From Clostridiales bacterium (lineage in GTDB: Bacteria; Bacillota; Clostridia; UBA1381), in assembly GCA_029226975.1 (NCBI GenBank), contig JAQXZB010000032.1:24875-88874 (forward strand): 64,000 nucleotides of DNA. Direction: 5' to 3'. The notes beneath the pieces were generated by a model that worked only from the letters and a program-made list of their open reading frames with translations, did no database searches and had not been told where the DNA came from. Position 1 is the first letter of the stretch, and every line of letters starts with the position of its first letter. Below, piece by piece: positions 19,207 to 28,770 of this stretch. The position numbers were made by a program, and so were the translations under genes.

Positions 19207-20625
19207 ATGTATGATCCGAAATCATCAAATGCACAGGAATTTATAAATCATGAGGAGATAGTAGAAACTCTTGAATATGCGGCAAAGAATAAGGAGGATA
19301 AAGAGCTTATACGCTCGATTATTCGCCGCGCTGCGGACTGCAAGGGTATATCGCACAGAGAAGCGGCTCTGCTTTTGGAGTGTGACGATGAGGAATTAAA
19401 TTCCGAAATGAAGGCTCTGGCAAAGGAGATAAAGCAAAAAATATACGGTAACAGAATAGTGATGTTCGCACCGCTTTATCTTTCAAACTACTGCATAAAC
19501 AGCTGCGTTTACTGTCCGTATCATGTTAAGAATAAGCATATATGCCGCAAAAAACTCACCCAGGAGCAGGTGAGAGAGGAAACAATCGCGCTTCAGGATA
19601 TGGGGCATAAAAGGCTTGCTTTAGAGGCGGGAGAGGACCCGGTAAACAATCCGCTTGAATACATTCTTGAATGTATAGACACAATATACAGCATAAAGCA
19701 TAAAAACGGCGCAATTCGACGCGTAAACGTAAATATAGCTGCAACAACGGTTGAAAATTACAAAAGGCTCAAGGACGCCGGAATAGGAACATATATACTG
19801 TTTCAGGAAACATATAACAAAGAGCAGTATGAGCAGCTTCACCCAGCAGGTCCCAAAAGCGATTATTGCTACCATACCGAAGCGATGGACAGAGCAATGG
19901 AGGGCGGTATTGACGATGTGGGTCTGGGCGTTTTGTTCGGCTTGGATTTATATAAGTATGAGCTTGTGGGAATACTGATGCACGCAGAGCATTTGGAAGC
20001 AAAATTCGGCGTAGGTCCGCACACCATAAGTGTACCGAGAATTTGCCCGGCGGACGATATAGATGTAAATGATTTTTCAAATGCCGTTCCGGATGAAATT
20101 TGGCAGAAAATTGTGGCAATAATAAGAATAGCTGTTCCCTATACGGGAATGATAGTTTCCACAAGAGAAAGCGAGAAGAACCGCAAGGCGGCGCTTGAAT
20201 TGGGTATTTCGCAGATAAGCGGAGCATCGAGCACCAGTGTGGGCGGTTATGCAAAGCCGGAGCCGGAGGAGGAAAACACCGCTCAGTTTGACAGAAGCGA
20301 CACAAGAACTCTTGACGAGGTTGTAAACTGGCTCATGGAGCTTGGTTATATTCCAAGCTTTTGCACCGCCTGCTACAGAGAGGGCAGAACAGGCGACAGA
20401 TTTATGTCCCTGGCAAAGACCGGAGCAATACAAAACTGTTGTCAGCCAAACGCTCTTATGACGCTTAAAGAATACCTTACCGACTACGCAAGCGAGGAAA
20501 CCGTTAAAAACGGAGATAAGGTAATAGCCGAGGAGCTTGAAAAAATCCCCAACGAAAATGTAAGGCGCATAGCCAAGGAATATATTAAGGATATAGAGAA
20601 CGGAAAGCGTGATTTCCGCTTCTGA
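19207..20625 (+). CDS. hydG: [FeFe]-hydrogenase H-cluster maturase HydG (radical SAM tyrosine lyase)
   Basis: Radical-SAM CINSCVYCPY, and the C-terminal auxiliary-cluster motif SFCTACYREGRTGDRFMSLAKTGAIQNCC. 472 aa. Confidence 0.9.
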   Translation: MYDPKSSNAQEFINHEEIVETLEYAAKNKEDKELIRSIIRRAADCKGISHREAALLLECDDEELNSEMKALAKEIKQKIYGNRIVMFAPLYLSNYCINSCVYCPYHVKNKHICRKKLTQEQVREETIALQDMGHKRLALEAGEDPVNNPLEYILECIDTIYSIKHKNGAIRRVNVNIAATTVENYKRLKDAGIGTYILFQETYNKEQYEQLHPAGPKSDYCYHTEAMDRAMEGGIDDVGLGVLFGLDLYKYELVGILMHAEHLEAKFGVGPHTISVPRICPADDIDVNDFSNAVPDEIWQKIVAIIRIAVPYTGMIVSTRESEKNRKAALELGISQISGASSTSVGGYAKPEPEEENTAQFDRSDTRTLDEVVNWLMELGYIPSFCTACYREGRTGDRFMSLAKTGAIQNCCQPNALMTLKEYLTDYASEETVKNGDKVIAEELEKIPNENVRRIAKEYIKDIENGKRDFRF

Positions 20626-20636
20626 GCAGGAGAAAT

Positions 20637-20867
20637 ATGGAAGATTTGACAAAGCAGATTGAAGAAGCGAAAAAGCTTCTTAATGATAATGATTATCTTG
20701 TAATACCGATTACGAAAGGTCAGATGTGCCTGTGTGACGGCTGCCGCGAGGAAAGCTATCTATGCCGTTATAACGCCATAGGCTATACCTGCACCAATCT
20801 AATCTGTCTTAATCAGTACATTAAGGAACAGATAAATTACAAGGAAATAATAGCAAATATAGAATAA
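20637..20867 (+). CDS. Small Cys-rich hypothetical protein (76 aa) coupled to hydG
   Basis: SD AGGAG lies 4 nt before the ATG, 11 nt after the hydG stop. Six Cys: C-x-C-x2-C-x6-C-x8-C-x4-C (CLCDGCREESYLCRYNAIGYTCTNLIC). No family recognised. Confidence 0.5.
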   Translation: MEDLTKQIEEAKKLLNDNDYLVIPITKGQMCLCDGCREESYLCRYNAIGYTCTNLICLNQYIKEQINYKEIIANIE

Positions 20868-20884
20868 ATGAGAGGATACCGCTT

Positions 20885-21187
20885 ATGATAAACGGCAAAC
20901 AGCGCGCATATTTAAGAAAAATAGGACATGATTTGGAACCGATTTTCCAAATAGGCAAGGAAGGAATTACGGATACGGTGCTTGACGGTCTTGACAAGGC
21001 GATTGAAAAAAGAGAGCTTATAAAGGTCAGAATACTTGAAAGCGCGCTTTTGGACACAAAGCCCGCCTGCAATGAGATTGCACAAAGACTCGGAGCCGAG
21101 CCTGTTCAGGCAATAGGCAACAAATTCATTCTTTACCGTCCCGCAAGCGAGGAAAAGAAGAGAAAAATCGAGCTGCCGAAGAAATGA
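20885..21187 (+). CDS. yhbY: Ribosome assembly RNA-binding protein YhbY (CRM domain)
   Basis: KQRAYLRKIGHDLEPIFQIGKEGITDTVLDGLDKAIEKRELIKVRIL. Confidence 0.85.
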   Translation: MINGKQRAYLRKIGHDLEPIFQIGKEGITDTVLDGLDKAIEKRELIKVRILESALLDTKPACNEIAQRLGAEPVQAIGNKFILYRPASEEKKRKIELPKK

Positions 21188-21771
21188 AAATAGGAATATT
21201 CGGAGGGACTTTTGACCCCATACACAACGCGCATCTTATAATAGCGCAGTATGCAAGGGAACAGTTTTCTCTTGACAGGCTGATGCTTATGCCCGGCGGA
21301 AATCCGCCCCATAAGCGCGGCACCGTTACCGACAAAAAAGCAAGGTATGAAATGACCTGTATTGCGGCTGATAATGATTTCGAGGTAAGCAGGTACGAGG
21401 TTGATCGGGAGGAATACTCCTATACCCTAAACACTCTTAAGTATCTTAAAGAGGTGTATCCTAATGATGAAATATATTTCATCATCGGAGAGGACTCTCT
21501 TAATGATATATACACCTGGCATAAACCCAAAGAAATACTTAAGCTGTGCATACTGCTTGTTTTTCCGCGGTATTCAATGCTGTCGCTTGAGGATAAAATA
21601 AGCGAAGTGACAAGCGCTTTGGGCGGCAATATAAAAGCCATTGATGCTCCTATTTTAGAAATATCCTCTACAATGCTAAGAAAGCGCATACGCAAAGAAA
21701 AAAGCGTAAAGCATATGCTGCCGGAAGCTGTCAGACTGTATATAGAGAAAAATGATCTGTATAAGGAGTGA
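21184..21771 (+). CDS. nadD: Nicotinate-nucleotide adenylyltransferase
   Basis: MKIGIFGGTFDPIHNAHL and ISSTMLRKRI. It overlaps yhbY by 4 nt. Confidence 0.9.
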   Translation: MKIGIFGGTFDPIHNAHLIIAQYAREQFSLDRLMLMPGGNPPHKRGTVTDKKARYEMTCIAADNDFEVSRYEVDREEYSYTLNTLKYLKEVYPNDEIYFIIGEDSLNDIYTWHKPKEILKLCILLVFPRYSMLSLEDKISEVTSALGGNIKAIDAPILEISSTMLRKRIRKEKSVKHMLPEAVRLYIEKNDLYKE

Positions 21772-22352
21772 GTAAAATGCTAAAAGAGAGCGAAATGCTA
21801 AAAAAGCTGCAAAATACGCTCAGCAAAAGGCGGTTTTTGCATTCCATGGGAGTCCGCGATGAGGCGGTTAAGCTTGCCGAACACTACGGCGCGGACACCG
21901 AAAAGGCAAAAATCGCCGCAATACTCCATGACTGCGCAAAATATATAAGCAATGAGCAGCAGCTAAAAAAATGCAGGGAATTGGGACTTGCCCTCGATGA
22001 GGAAACAATGTCATGCCCGCCGGTAATTCATGCACCGCTGGGAGCATATATGGCAAAAACCGAGTACGGTGTCGAGGATGAGGAAATTCTAAATGCCATA
22101 AGGTATCATACGGTGGGCAGAGCGAATATGTCAGTCCTTGAAAAGATAATTTATCTTGCGGATATGATTGAGCCCATGCGGGATTACGAGGGCGTTGATA
22201 TAATAAGACGCGCGGCATACGAGGATTTAAACGCCGCAATGCTTGCGGCTATAAGACAAGGCATTGAATTTAATTTAAAAAAGCAGTCTGTAATTCATAC
22301 CGATACAATACGGTGTTTAAACAGCATAATTAAAGAAACGGAGGGGAAATAA
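21768..22352 (+). CDS. yqeK: HD-domain bis(5'-nucleosyl)-tetraphosphatase YqeK
   Basis: RFLHSMGVRDEAVKLA, AAILHDCAKY and IRYHTVGRANMSVLEKIIYLADMIEP. It occupies the conserved nadD-yqeK-rsfS position. Confidence 0.85.
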   Translation: MSKMLKESEMLKKLQNTLSKRRFLHSMGVRDEAVKLAEHYGADTEKAKIAAILHDCAKYISNEQQLKKCRELGLALDEETMSCPPVIHAPLGAYMAKTEYGVEDEEILNAIRYHTVGRANMSVLEKIIYLADMIEPMRDYEGVDIIRRAAYEDLNAAMLAAIRQGIEFNLKKQSVIHTDTIRCLNSIIKETEGK

Positions 22353-22681
22353 TGCCGACTAAAACCGATATTATAACAAAAGCGCTTGAGGATAAAAAAG
22401 CGTCAAATATTGAAGTTATCGATGTGGCGAAGCAGACGTCCTTGGGTGATTATTTTGTTATTGCTTCATGTCAGTCCGCCGTTCAGGTTCGCGCCTGCGT
22501 GGATGAGATTGAGGAGAAAATGGAGGAAGCGGGCTTTTCTGTTCATCATAAAGAGGGCTACCGAGGCGGCTCATGGATACTCATGGACTACGGAGATACG
22601 GTAGTTCATGTCATGCAGCAGGAAACACGCGAGTTTTATGCAATAGAGCGCCTGTGGGATGACGCAGGCTCAGCTGAATAA
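22352..22681 (+). CDS. rsfS: Ribosome silencing factor RsfS
   Basis: ALEDKKASNIEVIDV, SLGDYFVIASCQS, WILMDYGDTVVHVM and REFYAIERLW. Confidence 0.9.
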   Translation: MPTKTDIITKALEDKKASNIEVIDVAKQTSLGDYFVIASCQSAVQVRACVDEIEEKMEEAGFSVHHKEGYRGGSWILMDYGDTVVHVMQQETREFYAIERLWDDAGSAE

Positions 22682-22702
22682 ATTCAAAGGAGATACATTA
22701 AA

Positions 22703-25114
22703 ATGCAACCTTACAATTTTAAAAACATTGAAAAGAAATGGCAGGACAAATGGGAGGAAGAGGGTATATTCCATGCTAAAACCAACTCCGAAAAGCCTAA
22801 ATACTTTGCTATGATAGAGTTTCCCTATCCATCAGGCGCGGGACTGCACGTTGGACATCCCAGAAGCTATACTGCCCTTGATATTATCGCAAGAAAGCGC
22901 AGAATGGAGGGCTATAATGTCCTCTATCCGATAGGCTGGGACGCTTTCGGACTGCCTACGGAGAATTTTGCAATAAAGAATAACGTACACCCCAAGCTTG
23001 TAACCGAGAAAAATATCGCAAACTTTACGCGTCAGCTTAAAATGCTGGGCTTTTCCTTCGACTGGTCAAGAGAGGTAAATACCACAGATCCGAGCTATTA
23101 CAAATGGACGCAGTGGATATTTTTACAGCTGTTTAAGCATGGTCTTGCATACAAGCAGGAAATGCCCATTAACTGGTGCACCGGCTGCAAGGTAGGACTT
23201 TCCAATGAGGAGGTAGTAAACGGCGTATGTGAGCGCTGCGGCAGCGAGGTTGTTCAGAAGAGAAAGAGCCAGTGGATGCTCAAAATTACCGAGTATGCTC
23301 AAAGGCTTATAGATGATTTGGAGGATGTAAATTATCTTGAAAAGATAAAAACTCAGCAGAAAAACTGGATAGGCAGAAGCGAGGGTGCAGAGGTTAGCTT
23401 TAAGCTTTCGAGCGGAGATGAGCTTGTTGTATATACCACCCGGTGCGATACGCTTTTCGGTGCAACATATGTTGTAATGTCACCGGAGCATGAGCTGATT
23501 GAAAAGCTCAAAGATCAGATTACAAACTTTGACGAGGTTGCGGCATATCAGCAGGAGGCTGCAAAAAAATCCGAATTTGAAAGAACTGAAATGGCAAAGG
23601 ACAAAACAGGCGTTAAGCTTGAGGGCGTGTATGCGGTAAATCCTGTAAACGGCAGTAAGCTTCCTGTGTTTATAAGCGATTATGTGCTTGTTACATACGG
23701 TACAGGCGCAATTATGGCAGTTCCGGCACATGACAGCCGCGACTGGGAATTTGCAAAGAAGTTTAATCTGCCGATTATAGAGGTTGTATCCGGCGGCGAG
23801 GACGTACAGAAAGAAGCTTATACCGATGTATATAAGGGTACAATGGTAAATTCCGGATTTTTGGACGGCATGAGTGTAAAGGAAGCCATTCCGACAATGA
23901 TAGACTATCTTGAAAAGGAAGGCATAGGCAAGAGAAAAGTAAACTTTAAGCTGCGCGACTGGGTATTCTCACGTCAGCGTTATTGGGGTGAGCCCATTCC
24001 TCTTGTATACTGTGAAAAATGCGGTTGGGTTCCCATTCCCGAAAGCGAGCTGCCCCTGGAGCTTCCCGAGGTGGATCACTTTGAGCCGGGCGAAAACGGC
24101 GAATCACCCCTTGCAAAGGCAACGGACTGGATAAATACTACCTGTCCTCACTGCGGCGGACCGGCAAAGCGTGAAACCGATACAATGCCACAGTGGGCAG
24201 GTTCAAGCTGGTACTTCTTAAGATATATGGATCCCCATAACAATAATGCGCTTGCGTCAAAGGAAGCTCTTGAATACTGGTCACCGGTTGATTGGTATAA
24301 CGGCGGTATGGAGCATACCACGCTTCACCTTTTGTATTCGCGCTTCTGGCATAAGTTCCTCTATGATATAGGCGTTGTTCCCACAAAGGAGCCGTACATG
24401 AAGCGTACCTCCCACGGAATGATTTTGGGCGAAAACGGCGAGAAGATGTCCAAATCCAGAGGAAATGTCGTAAACCCCGATGAGGTTGTGGACGAGTTCG
24501 GTGCGGACGCATTCAGAACATATGAAATGTTTATCGGTGCCTTTGACCAGTCAACACCATGGTCACAGCAGGGACTTAAGGGCTGTTATAAATTCCTTGA
24601 AAGAGTATGGAATTTACAGTCAATACTCACAGATGACGAGAAATACAGCGCAGATTTGGAGAAAAATCTCCATAAAACGATAAAGAAGGTCGGCGAGGAC
24701 TTCGAGAGAATGAAGTTTAATACCGCAATCGCCGCCATGATGGCGCTTGTAAACGACTTTACAAAGAAAGGCGCGGTAACAAAGGGCGAATATATTACGC
24801 TTATAACACTGTTAAATCCCGTTGCTCCGCATATGACGGAGGAGCTTTGGGAAATCATGGGCGGCAAGGGATTCATTTCCATGCAGCCGTGGCCGAAGTA
24901 TGACGAGGAAAAGACCAAGGACGACGAAATAGAGATAGTTGTTCAGATTAACGGTAAAATCAGAGATAAGATGATGATACCCGCCGACCTTGACAGAAAC
25001 GGCATACAGGAGCAGGCAATGGAAAGCGACAGAGTTAAGGCTCTTATTGAAGGCAAGAGTGTGGTTAAGGTAATAGCCGTACCGGGCAAGCTTGTAAATA
25101 TTGTTGTAAAATAA
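22703..25114 (+). CDS. leuS: Leucine--tRNA ligase
   Basis: Class I motifs [13 protein letters not shown] and KMSKSRGN. 803 aa. Confidence 0.97.
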   Translation: MQPYNFKNIEKKWQDKWEEEGIFHAKTNSEKPKYFAMIEFPYPSGAGLHVGHPRSYTALDIIARKRRMEGYNVLYPIGWDAFGLPTENFAIKNNVHPKLVTEKNIANFTRQLKMLGFSFDWSREVNTTDPSYYKWTQWIFLQLFKHGLAYKQEMPINWCTGCKVGLSNEEVVNGVCERCGSEVVQKRKSQWMLKITEYAQRLIDDLEDVNYLEKIKTQQKNWIGRSEGAEVSFKLSSGDELVVYTTRCDTLFGATYVVMSPEHELIEKLKDQITNFDEVAAYQQEAAKKSEFERTEMAKDKTGVKLEGVYAVNPVNGSKLPVFISDYVLVTYGTGAIMAVPAHDSRDWEFAKKFNLPIIEVVSGGEDVQKEAYTDVYKGTMVNSGFLDGMSVKEAIPTMIDYLEKEGIGKRKVNFKLRDWVFSRQRYWGEPIPLVYCEKCGWVPIPESELPLELPEVDHFEPGENGESPLAKATDWINTTCPHCGGPAKRETDTMPQWAGSSWYFLRYMDPHNNNALASKEALEYWSPVDWYNGGMEHTTLHLLYSRFWHKFLYDIGVVPTKEPYMKRTSHGMILGENGEKMSKSRGNVVNPDEVVDEFGADAFRTYEMFIGAFDQSTPWSQQGLKGCYKFLERVWNLQSILTDDEKYSADLEKNLHKTIKKVGEDFERMKFNTAIAAMMALVNDFTKKGAVTKGEYITLITLLNPVAPHMTEELWEIMGGKGFISMQPWPKYDEEKTKDDEIEIVVQINGKIRDKMMIPADLDRNGIQEQAMESDRVKALIEGKSVVKVIAVPGKLVNIVVK

Positions 25115-25130
25115 ATCAGCTAAAACACTA

Positions 25131-25170
25131 AACAGCATCGATTTTCACCGTGAGAATCGATGCTGTTTAT
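25131..25170 (+). terminator. Rho-independent terminator after leuS
   Basis: AACAGCATCGATT-11 nt-AATCGATGCTGTT: a perfect 13-bp stem, followed by TAT. Confidence 0.7.
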
Positions 25171-25245
25171 ACAAAATCAAAAAAATATTGTTTAATCGTA
25201 AATGCAGTGGTATAATAATATAAAAAGGCTTAGGAGGTATTTAGC

Positions 25246-26220
25246 ATGTGTACGGCAGCAACATATAAAACAAAGGATTTTTATTTTGGAAGAACGTTGG
25301 ATTATGAATTTTCATACGGGGACGAAATAGCAATAACACCCCGCAGCTACCCGTTTGAGTTTAGGTTTATGGGAAGCGTGGACAAGCATTATGCGATGAT
25401 TGGAATGGCGCATATTATTGACGGGCATCCGTTGTATTATGACGCGATAAACGAAAAGGGAGTTGCAATGGCGGGCTTGAATTTTGTGGGCAACGCACAT
25501 TATTCGGAGGAAAAGGAAAATGCCGATAATGTGGCGCAGTTTGAATTTATTCCATGGATTCTTTCTCAGTGCGCTTCGGTTGCACAAGCAAGGAAGCTTC
25601 TTGATAAAATCAACATAACCAATACCCGCTTCAGTCCTGATTTGCCTGTGGCGCAGCTTCACTGGATTATTGCGGATAAAAACGAGGCTCTGACGGTCGA
25701 AGCGGTAGAGGAGGGAATTAAGGTATATGATAACCCTGCCGGGGTGCTGACAAACAATCCGCCGTTCCCTCAGCAAATGTTTGCTCTTAACAATTATATG
25801 AATTTGTCACCCAAGCAGCCCCAAAACCGCTTTTCTTCGCAGCTTCCCCTTAATACCTACAGCCGCGGAATGGGTGCTTTGGGTCTGCCGGGAGATTTAT
25901 CCTCGCAGTCGCGGTTTATAAGAGTGGCTTTTGTAAAGCATAACTCGGTTTCGTGGGATTCGGAGGAAGAAAGCGTGAGCCAGTTTTTCCATATTCTCGG
26001 TTCCGTTGACCAGCAAAGAGGCTGCTGCGATGTGGGGGAGGGAAAATTTGAAATTACGATTTATACCTCCTGCGCTAATGCGGATAAGGGCATTTATTAT
26101 TATACCACCTATAATAACCACCAAATTACCGCTGTGGATATGCATAAGGAAAATCTTGATGCAAACAAAGTCATAAATTATCCGCTCATAACAGGTGAAC
26201 AGATTAAAATGCAAAATTAA
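25246..26220 (+). CDS. Choloylglycine hydrolase family Ntn-hydrolase (bile salt hydrolase or penicillin V acylase type)
   Basis: MCTAATYKTKDFYFGRTLDY has the nucleophile Cys2 right after Met, then the Arg/Asp of the FGRxxD block. NNPPFPQQ also present. 324 aa. Confidence 0.85.
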   Translation: MCTAATYKTKDFYFGRTLDYEFSYGDEIAITPRSYPFEFRFMGSVDKHYAMIGMAHIIDGHPLYYDAINEKGVAMAGLNFVGNAHYSEEKENADNVAQFEFIPWILSQCASVAQARKLLDKINITNTRFSPDLPVAQLHWIIADKNEALTVEAVEEGIKVYDNPAGVLTNNPPFPQQMFALNNYMNLSPKQPQNRFSSQLPLNTYSRGMGALGLPGDLSSQSRFIRVAFVKHNSVSWDSEEESVSQFFHILGSVDQQRGCCDVGEGKFEITIYTSCANADKGIYYYTTYNNHQITAVDMHKENLDANKVINYPLITGEQIKMQN

Positions 26221-26236
26221 AATATTATCTTTTACG

Positions 26237-26280
26237 GCTATGCTAAAACCTGTGTGTTTTGGCATAGCTATTATATTTAA
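26237..26280 (+). terminator. Rho-independent terminator after the hydrolase gene
   Basis: GCTATGCTAAAAC-ctgtgt-GTTTTGGCATAGC (13-bp stem with one G-T pair), then a T-rich tail. Confidence 0.6.
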
Positions 26281-26341
26281 TACTTGAAAATCTTTGCAAA
26301 TTATAGTATAATAGGATTATCATGTAAAAGGAGCGATACTT

Positions 26342-27994
26342 ATGGATTACAGAGAAAATTGCAATATGTGGCTTGAAAGCAAAGCTGTTGACGATGATAC
26401 CAAGTCTGAATTAAAAGCTATAGCCGATAACGAAAAGGAAACGGAGGACAGATTTTACAGAAATCTTGCTTTCGGAACCGGAGGTCTGCGAGGTATCATG
26501 GGAGCGGGGACCAACCGAATGAATGTGTATACAGTAAGAAAAGCAACTCAGGGACTTGCCGGGGAGATTTTGAGCAAAGGAAAGGAATTTGCCGGAAAAG
26601 GCGTTGTTATCGCATACGATTCGCGGAACAATTCCGAAAAATTTGCCTATGAATGTACAAGAGTGCTTGGCGCAAACGGGATTAAAACATATATTTTTGA
26701 CAGCCTGCGTCCCACGCCGGAGCTGTCCTTTGCCGTAAGATATTTAGGCTGTGCAAGGGGTATTGTCATTACCGCAAGCCACAACCCCAAGGAATACAAC
26801 GGCTATAAGGTATACGGAGAGGATGGCGGACAAATCCCGCCGGAAACCGCAAAAACAATACAGACTTTTATTGACGGTATACATATTTTTGACGATGTTA
26901 AGCTTATTGACAAGCCTGATAATACCATTATAGGAGAAGATGTTGACAGAGCGTATATTGACGCAGTCAAGGCGCAGAGCTGTAAAACGGCTGTGCCGGA
27001 GGATTTTAGGGCGGTTTACACGCCTTTGCACGGCAGCGGAAATTTGCTTGTGAGAAGAATTCTTTCCGAAATCGGCGTAAAAAATGTGTTTACAGTGCCG
27101 GAGCAGGAAATGCCGAACGGTGATTTTCCCACCGTAAAATCGCCAAATCCCGAAAACAGCGAAGCTTTTGACATTGCAGTGGAATACGCAAAGCAGCAAA
27201 ATGCCGACATCGTATTCGGAACAGACCCCGACAGCGACCGACTGGGCGTGGTTGTGAGAAACGCAAACGGCGAATATGTTGTTTTAAACGGCAATCAGAC
27301 GGGTTGCCTATTGTGCGAATACATTCTGAGAAAAGCAAAGGAAAACGGCACTTTTACTCAAAACGGCGCTGTGGTAAAAACCATAGTAACTACCGAAATG
27401 GTGCGGGCAATAGCGGCAGATTACGGTACGGAAACTATAGATGTTCTTACGGGCTTTAAATTTATAGGCGACCAAATCAAGGGATTTGAGCAAAACGGTC
27501 ATCCCGAAAAATTTATTTTTGGTCTTGAGGAAAGCTATGGATATTTAAAGGGAACGTATGCAAGAGATAAGGACGCCGTTGTTGCAGCAATGCTTATTTG
27601 CGAAGCGGCGGCTGATTACAAGGCAAAAGGCATGACGCTTTATGAAGGCTTAAAGTCCCTCTATGACAAATACGGATATTATCTTGAAAGCCTTAAAACC
27701 ATAACCCTTACAGGCATTGACGGAGCGGAAAAGATTAAGGAAATAATGAGTAAATTCAGAAGCGGCAGTCTGCCTCTTGATATAGTAAAGAAGCTTGACT
27801 ACCTTGACGGTATTGACGGTCTGCCTAAATCCGATGTATTGAAATTCTTCACACCCAACGGCTGGTTTGCGGTTCGTCCGTCGGGTACGGAGCCTAAAAT
27901 AAAGTTCTATTTTGGTATTCGCGCAGCAGACCCCGACAGTGCAAAAAGTCAGCTTGAACAGATGATTTCGTCGGTTTGGGAACTGCTCGCATAG
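26342..27994 (+). CDS. Phosphoglucomutase/phosphomannomutase (alpha-D-phosphohexomutase family)
   Basis: Active-site TASHNPKEYNGYKVY, metal loop FGTDPDSDRLG and sugar loop GLEESYGY. Confidence 0.88.
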   Translation: MDYRENCNMWLESKAVDDDTKSELKAIADNEKETEDRFYRNLAFGTGGLRGIMGAGTNRMNVYTVRKATQGLAGEILSKGKEFAGKGVVIAYDSRNNSEKFAYECTRVLGANGIKTYIFDSLRPTPELSFAVRYLGCARGIVITASHNPKEYNGYKVYGEDGGQIPPETAKTIQTFIDGIHIFDDVKLIDKPDNTIIGEDVDRAYIDAVKAQSCKTAVPEDFRAVYTPLHGSGNLLVRRILSEIGVKNVFTVPEQEMPNGDFPTVKSPNPENSEAFDIAVEYAKQQNADIVFGTDPDSDRLGVVVRNANGEYVVLNGNQTGCLLCEYILRKAKENGTFTQNGAVVKTIVTTEMVRAIAADYGTETIDVLTGFKFIGDQIKGFEQNGHPEKFIFGLEESYGYLKGTYARDKDAVVAAMLICEAAADYKAKGMTLYEGLKSLYDKYGYYLESLKTITLTGIDGAEKIKEIMSKFRSGSLPLDIVKKLDYLDGIDGLPKSDVLKFFTPNGWFAVRPSGTEPKIKFYFGIRAADPDSAKSQLEQMISSVWELLA

Positions 27995-28073
27995 TAATAA
28001 GTACCACTATCCAAGGAAGTGATTTTGCATAAAATATTAAGGATTACAGCCTTTTGTGAATAATAAATTAACT

Positions 28074-28100
28074 TTAGCACTCACCTCTTGACAGTGCTAA
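28074..28100. promoter_or_regulatory. CIRCE element (HrcA operator) overlapping the hsp20 promoter
   Basis: TTAGCACTC-acctcttga-CAGTGCTAA against the consensus TTAGCACTC-N9-GAGTGCTAA, 1 mismatch in 18. Confidence 0.7.
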
Positions 28101-28116
28101 CAATCGGTGCTATAAT
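28088..28116 (+). promoter_or_regulatory. Sigma-A promoter of hsp20
   Basis: TTGACA at 28088-28093 (inside the CIRCE spacer and right arm), 17-nt spacer, TATAAT at 28111-28116. The leader is about 125 nt. Confidence 0.55.
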
Positions 28117-28241
28117 CTAATCAGAACATAAGGGAAGGAAAACAAAGAGAGCAGACGATTGCCCGCACCTATTTCCCTTCATCCGAAGTTCATGGAAAAC
28201 AAGGTATGACATAGTGTTTTTTGTGAAAGGAGAGATGAGTT

Positions 28242-28661
28242 ATGTTAGTACCGAGTATTTTTGGAAGAGATATGTTCAATGATTTTTTCACAGAGCCGTT
28301 TGGGGGATACAGAACGCATGACCTTATGAAAACGGATGTGAAGGATACCGACAGGGCATATGAGCTTACGATGGATATGCCGGGCGTAAAGAAAGAGGAT
28401 GTTAAGGCTGAGCTTAAGGACGGTTATTTGACCGTAAGCGCCGAGTCCGGTTACAGCAATGACGATAAGGACAGCGAAGGCAGATATATCCGCCGCGAAC
28501 GTCATTACGGTTCATGCAGCAGAAGCTTTTATGTAGGCGACAATGTTACCCGGGATGAAATCAAGGCAAGCTTTGAGAATGGAACACTTAAGCTTACAAT
28601 TCCCAAGAAAGAAGAAAAGCCTCTTTCGGACGGAGGAAATTATATCAGAATAGAAGGCTGA
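28242..28661 (+). CDS. Hsp20/alpha-crystallin family small heat-shock protein
   Basis: MKTDVKDTDRAYELTMDMPGVKKEDVKAELKDGYLTVSAE, RRERHYGSCSRSF and ASFENGTLKLTIPK. Confidence 0.9.
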   Translation: MLVPSIFGRDMFNDFFTEPFGGYRTHDLMKTDVKDTDRAYELTMDMPGVKKEDVKAELKDGYLTVSAESGYSNDDKDSEGRYIRRERHYGSCSRSFYVGDNVTRDEIKASFENGTLKLTIPKKEEKPLSDGGNYIRIEG

Positions 28662-28667
28662 TAAAGC

Positions 28668-28710
28668 CCAAACAGAGCAGAGGTCAATGATCGCTGCTCT
28701 GTTTGGTTTT
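28668..28710 (+). terminator. Rho-independent terminator after hsp20
   Basis: CCAAACAGAGCAG-13 nt-CTGCTCTGTTTGG (perfect 13-bp stem) followed by TTTT. Confidence 0.75.
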
Positions 28711-28770
28711 AAAGGGGATAATAAATAAAAAAATCTAATTCATATAAATCGCTCTTTATTATACTTAGAG

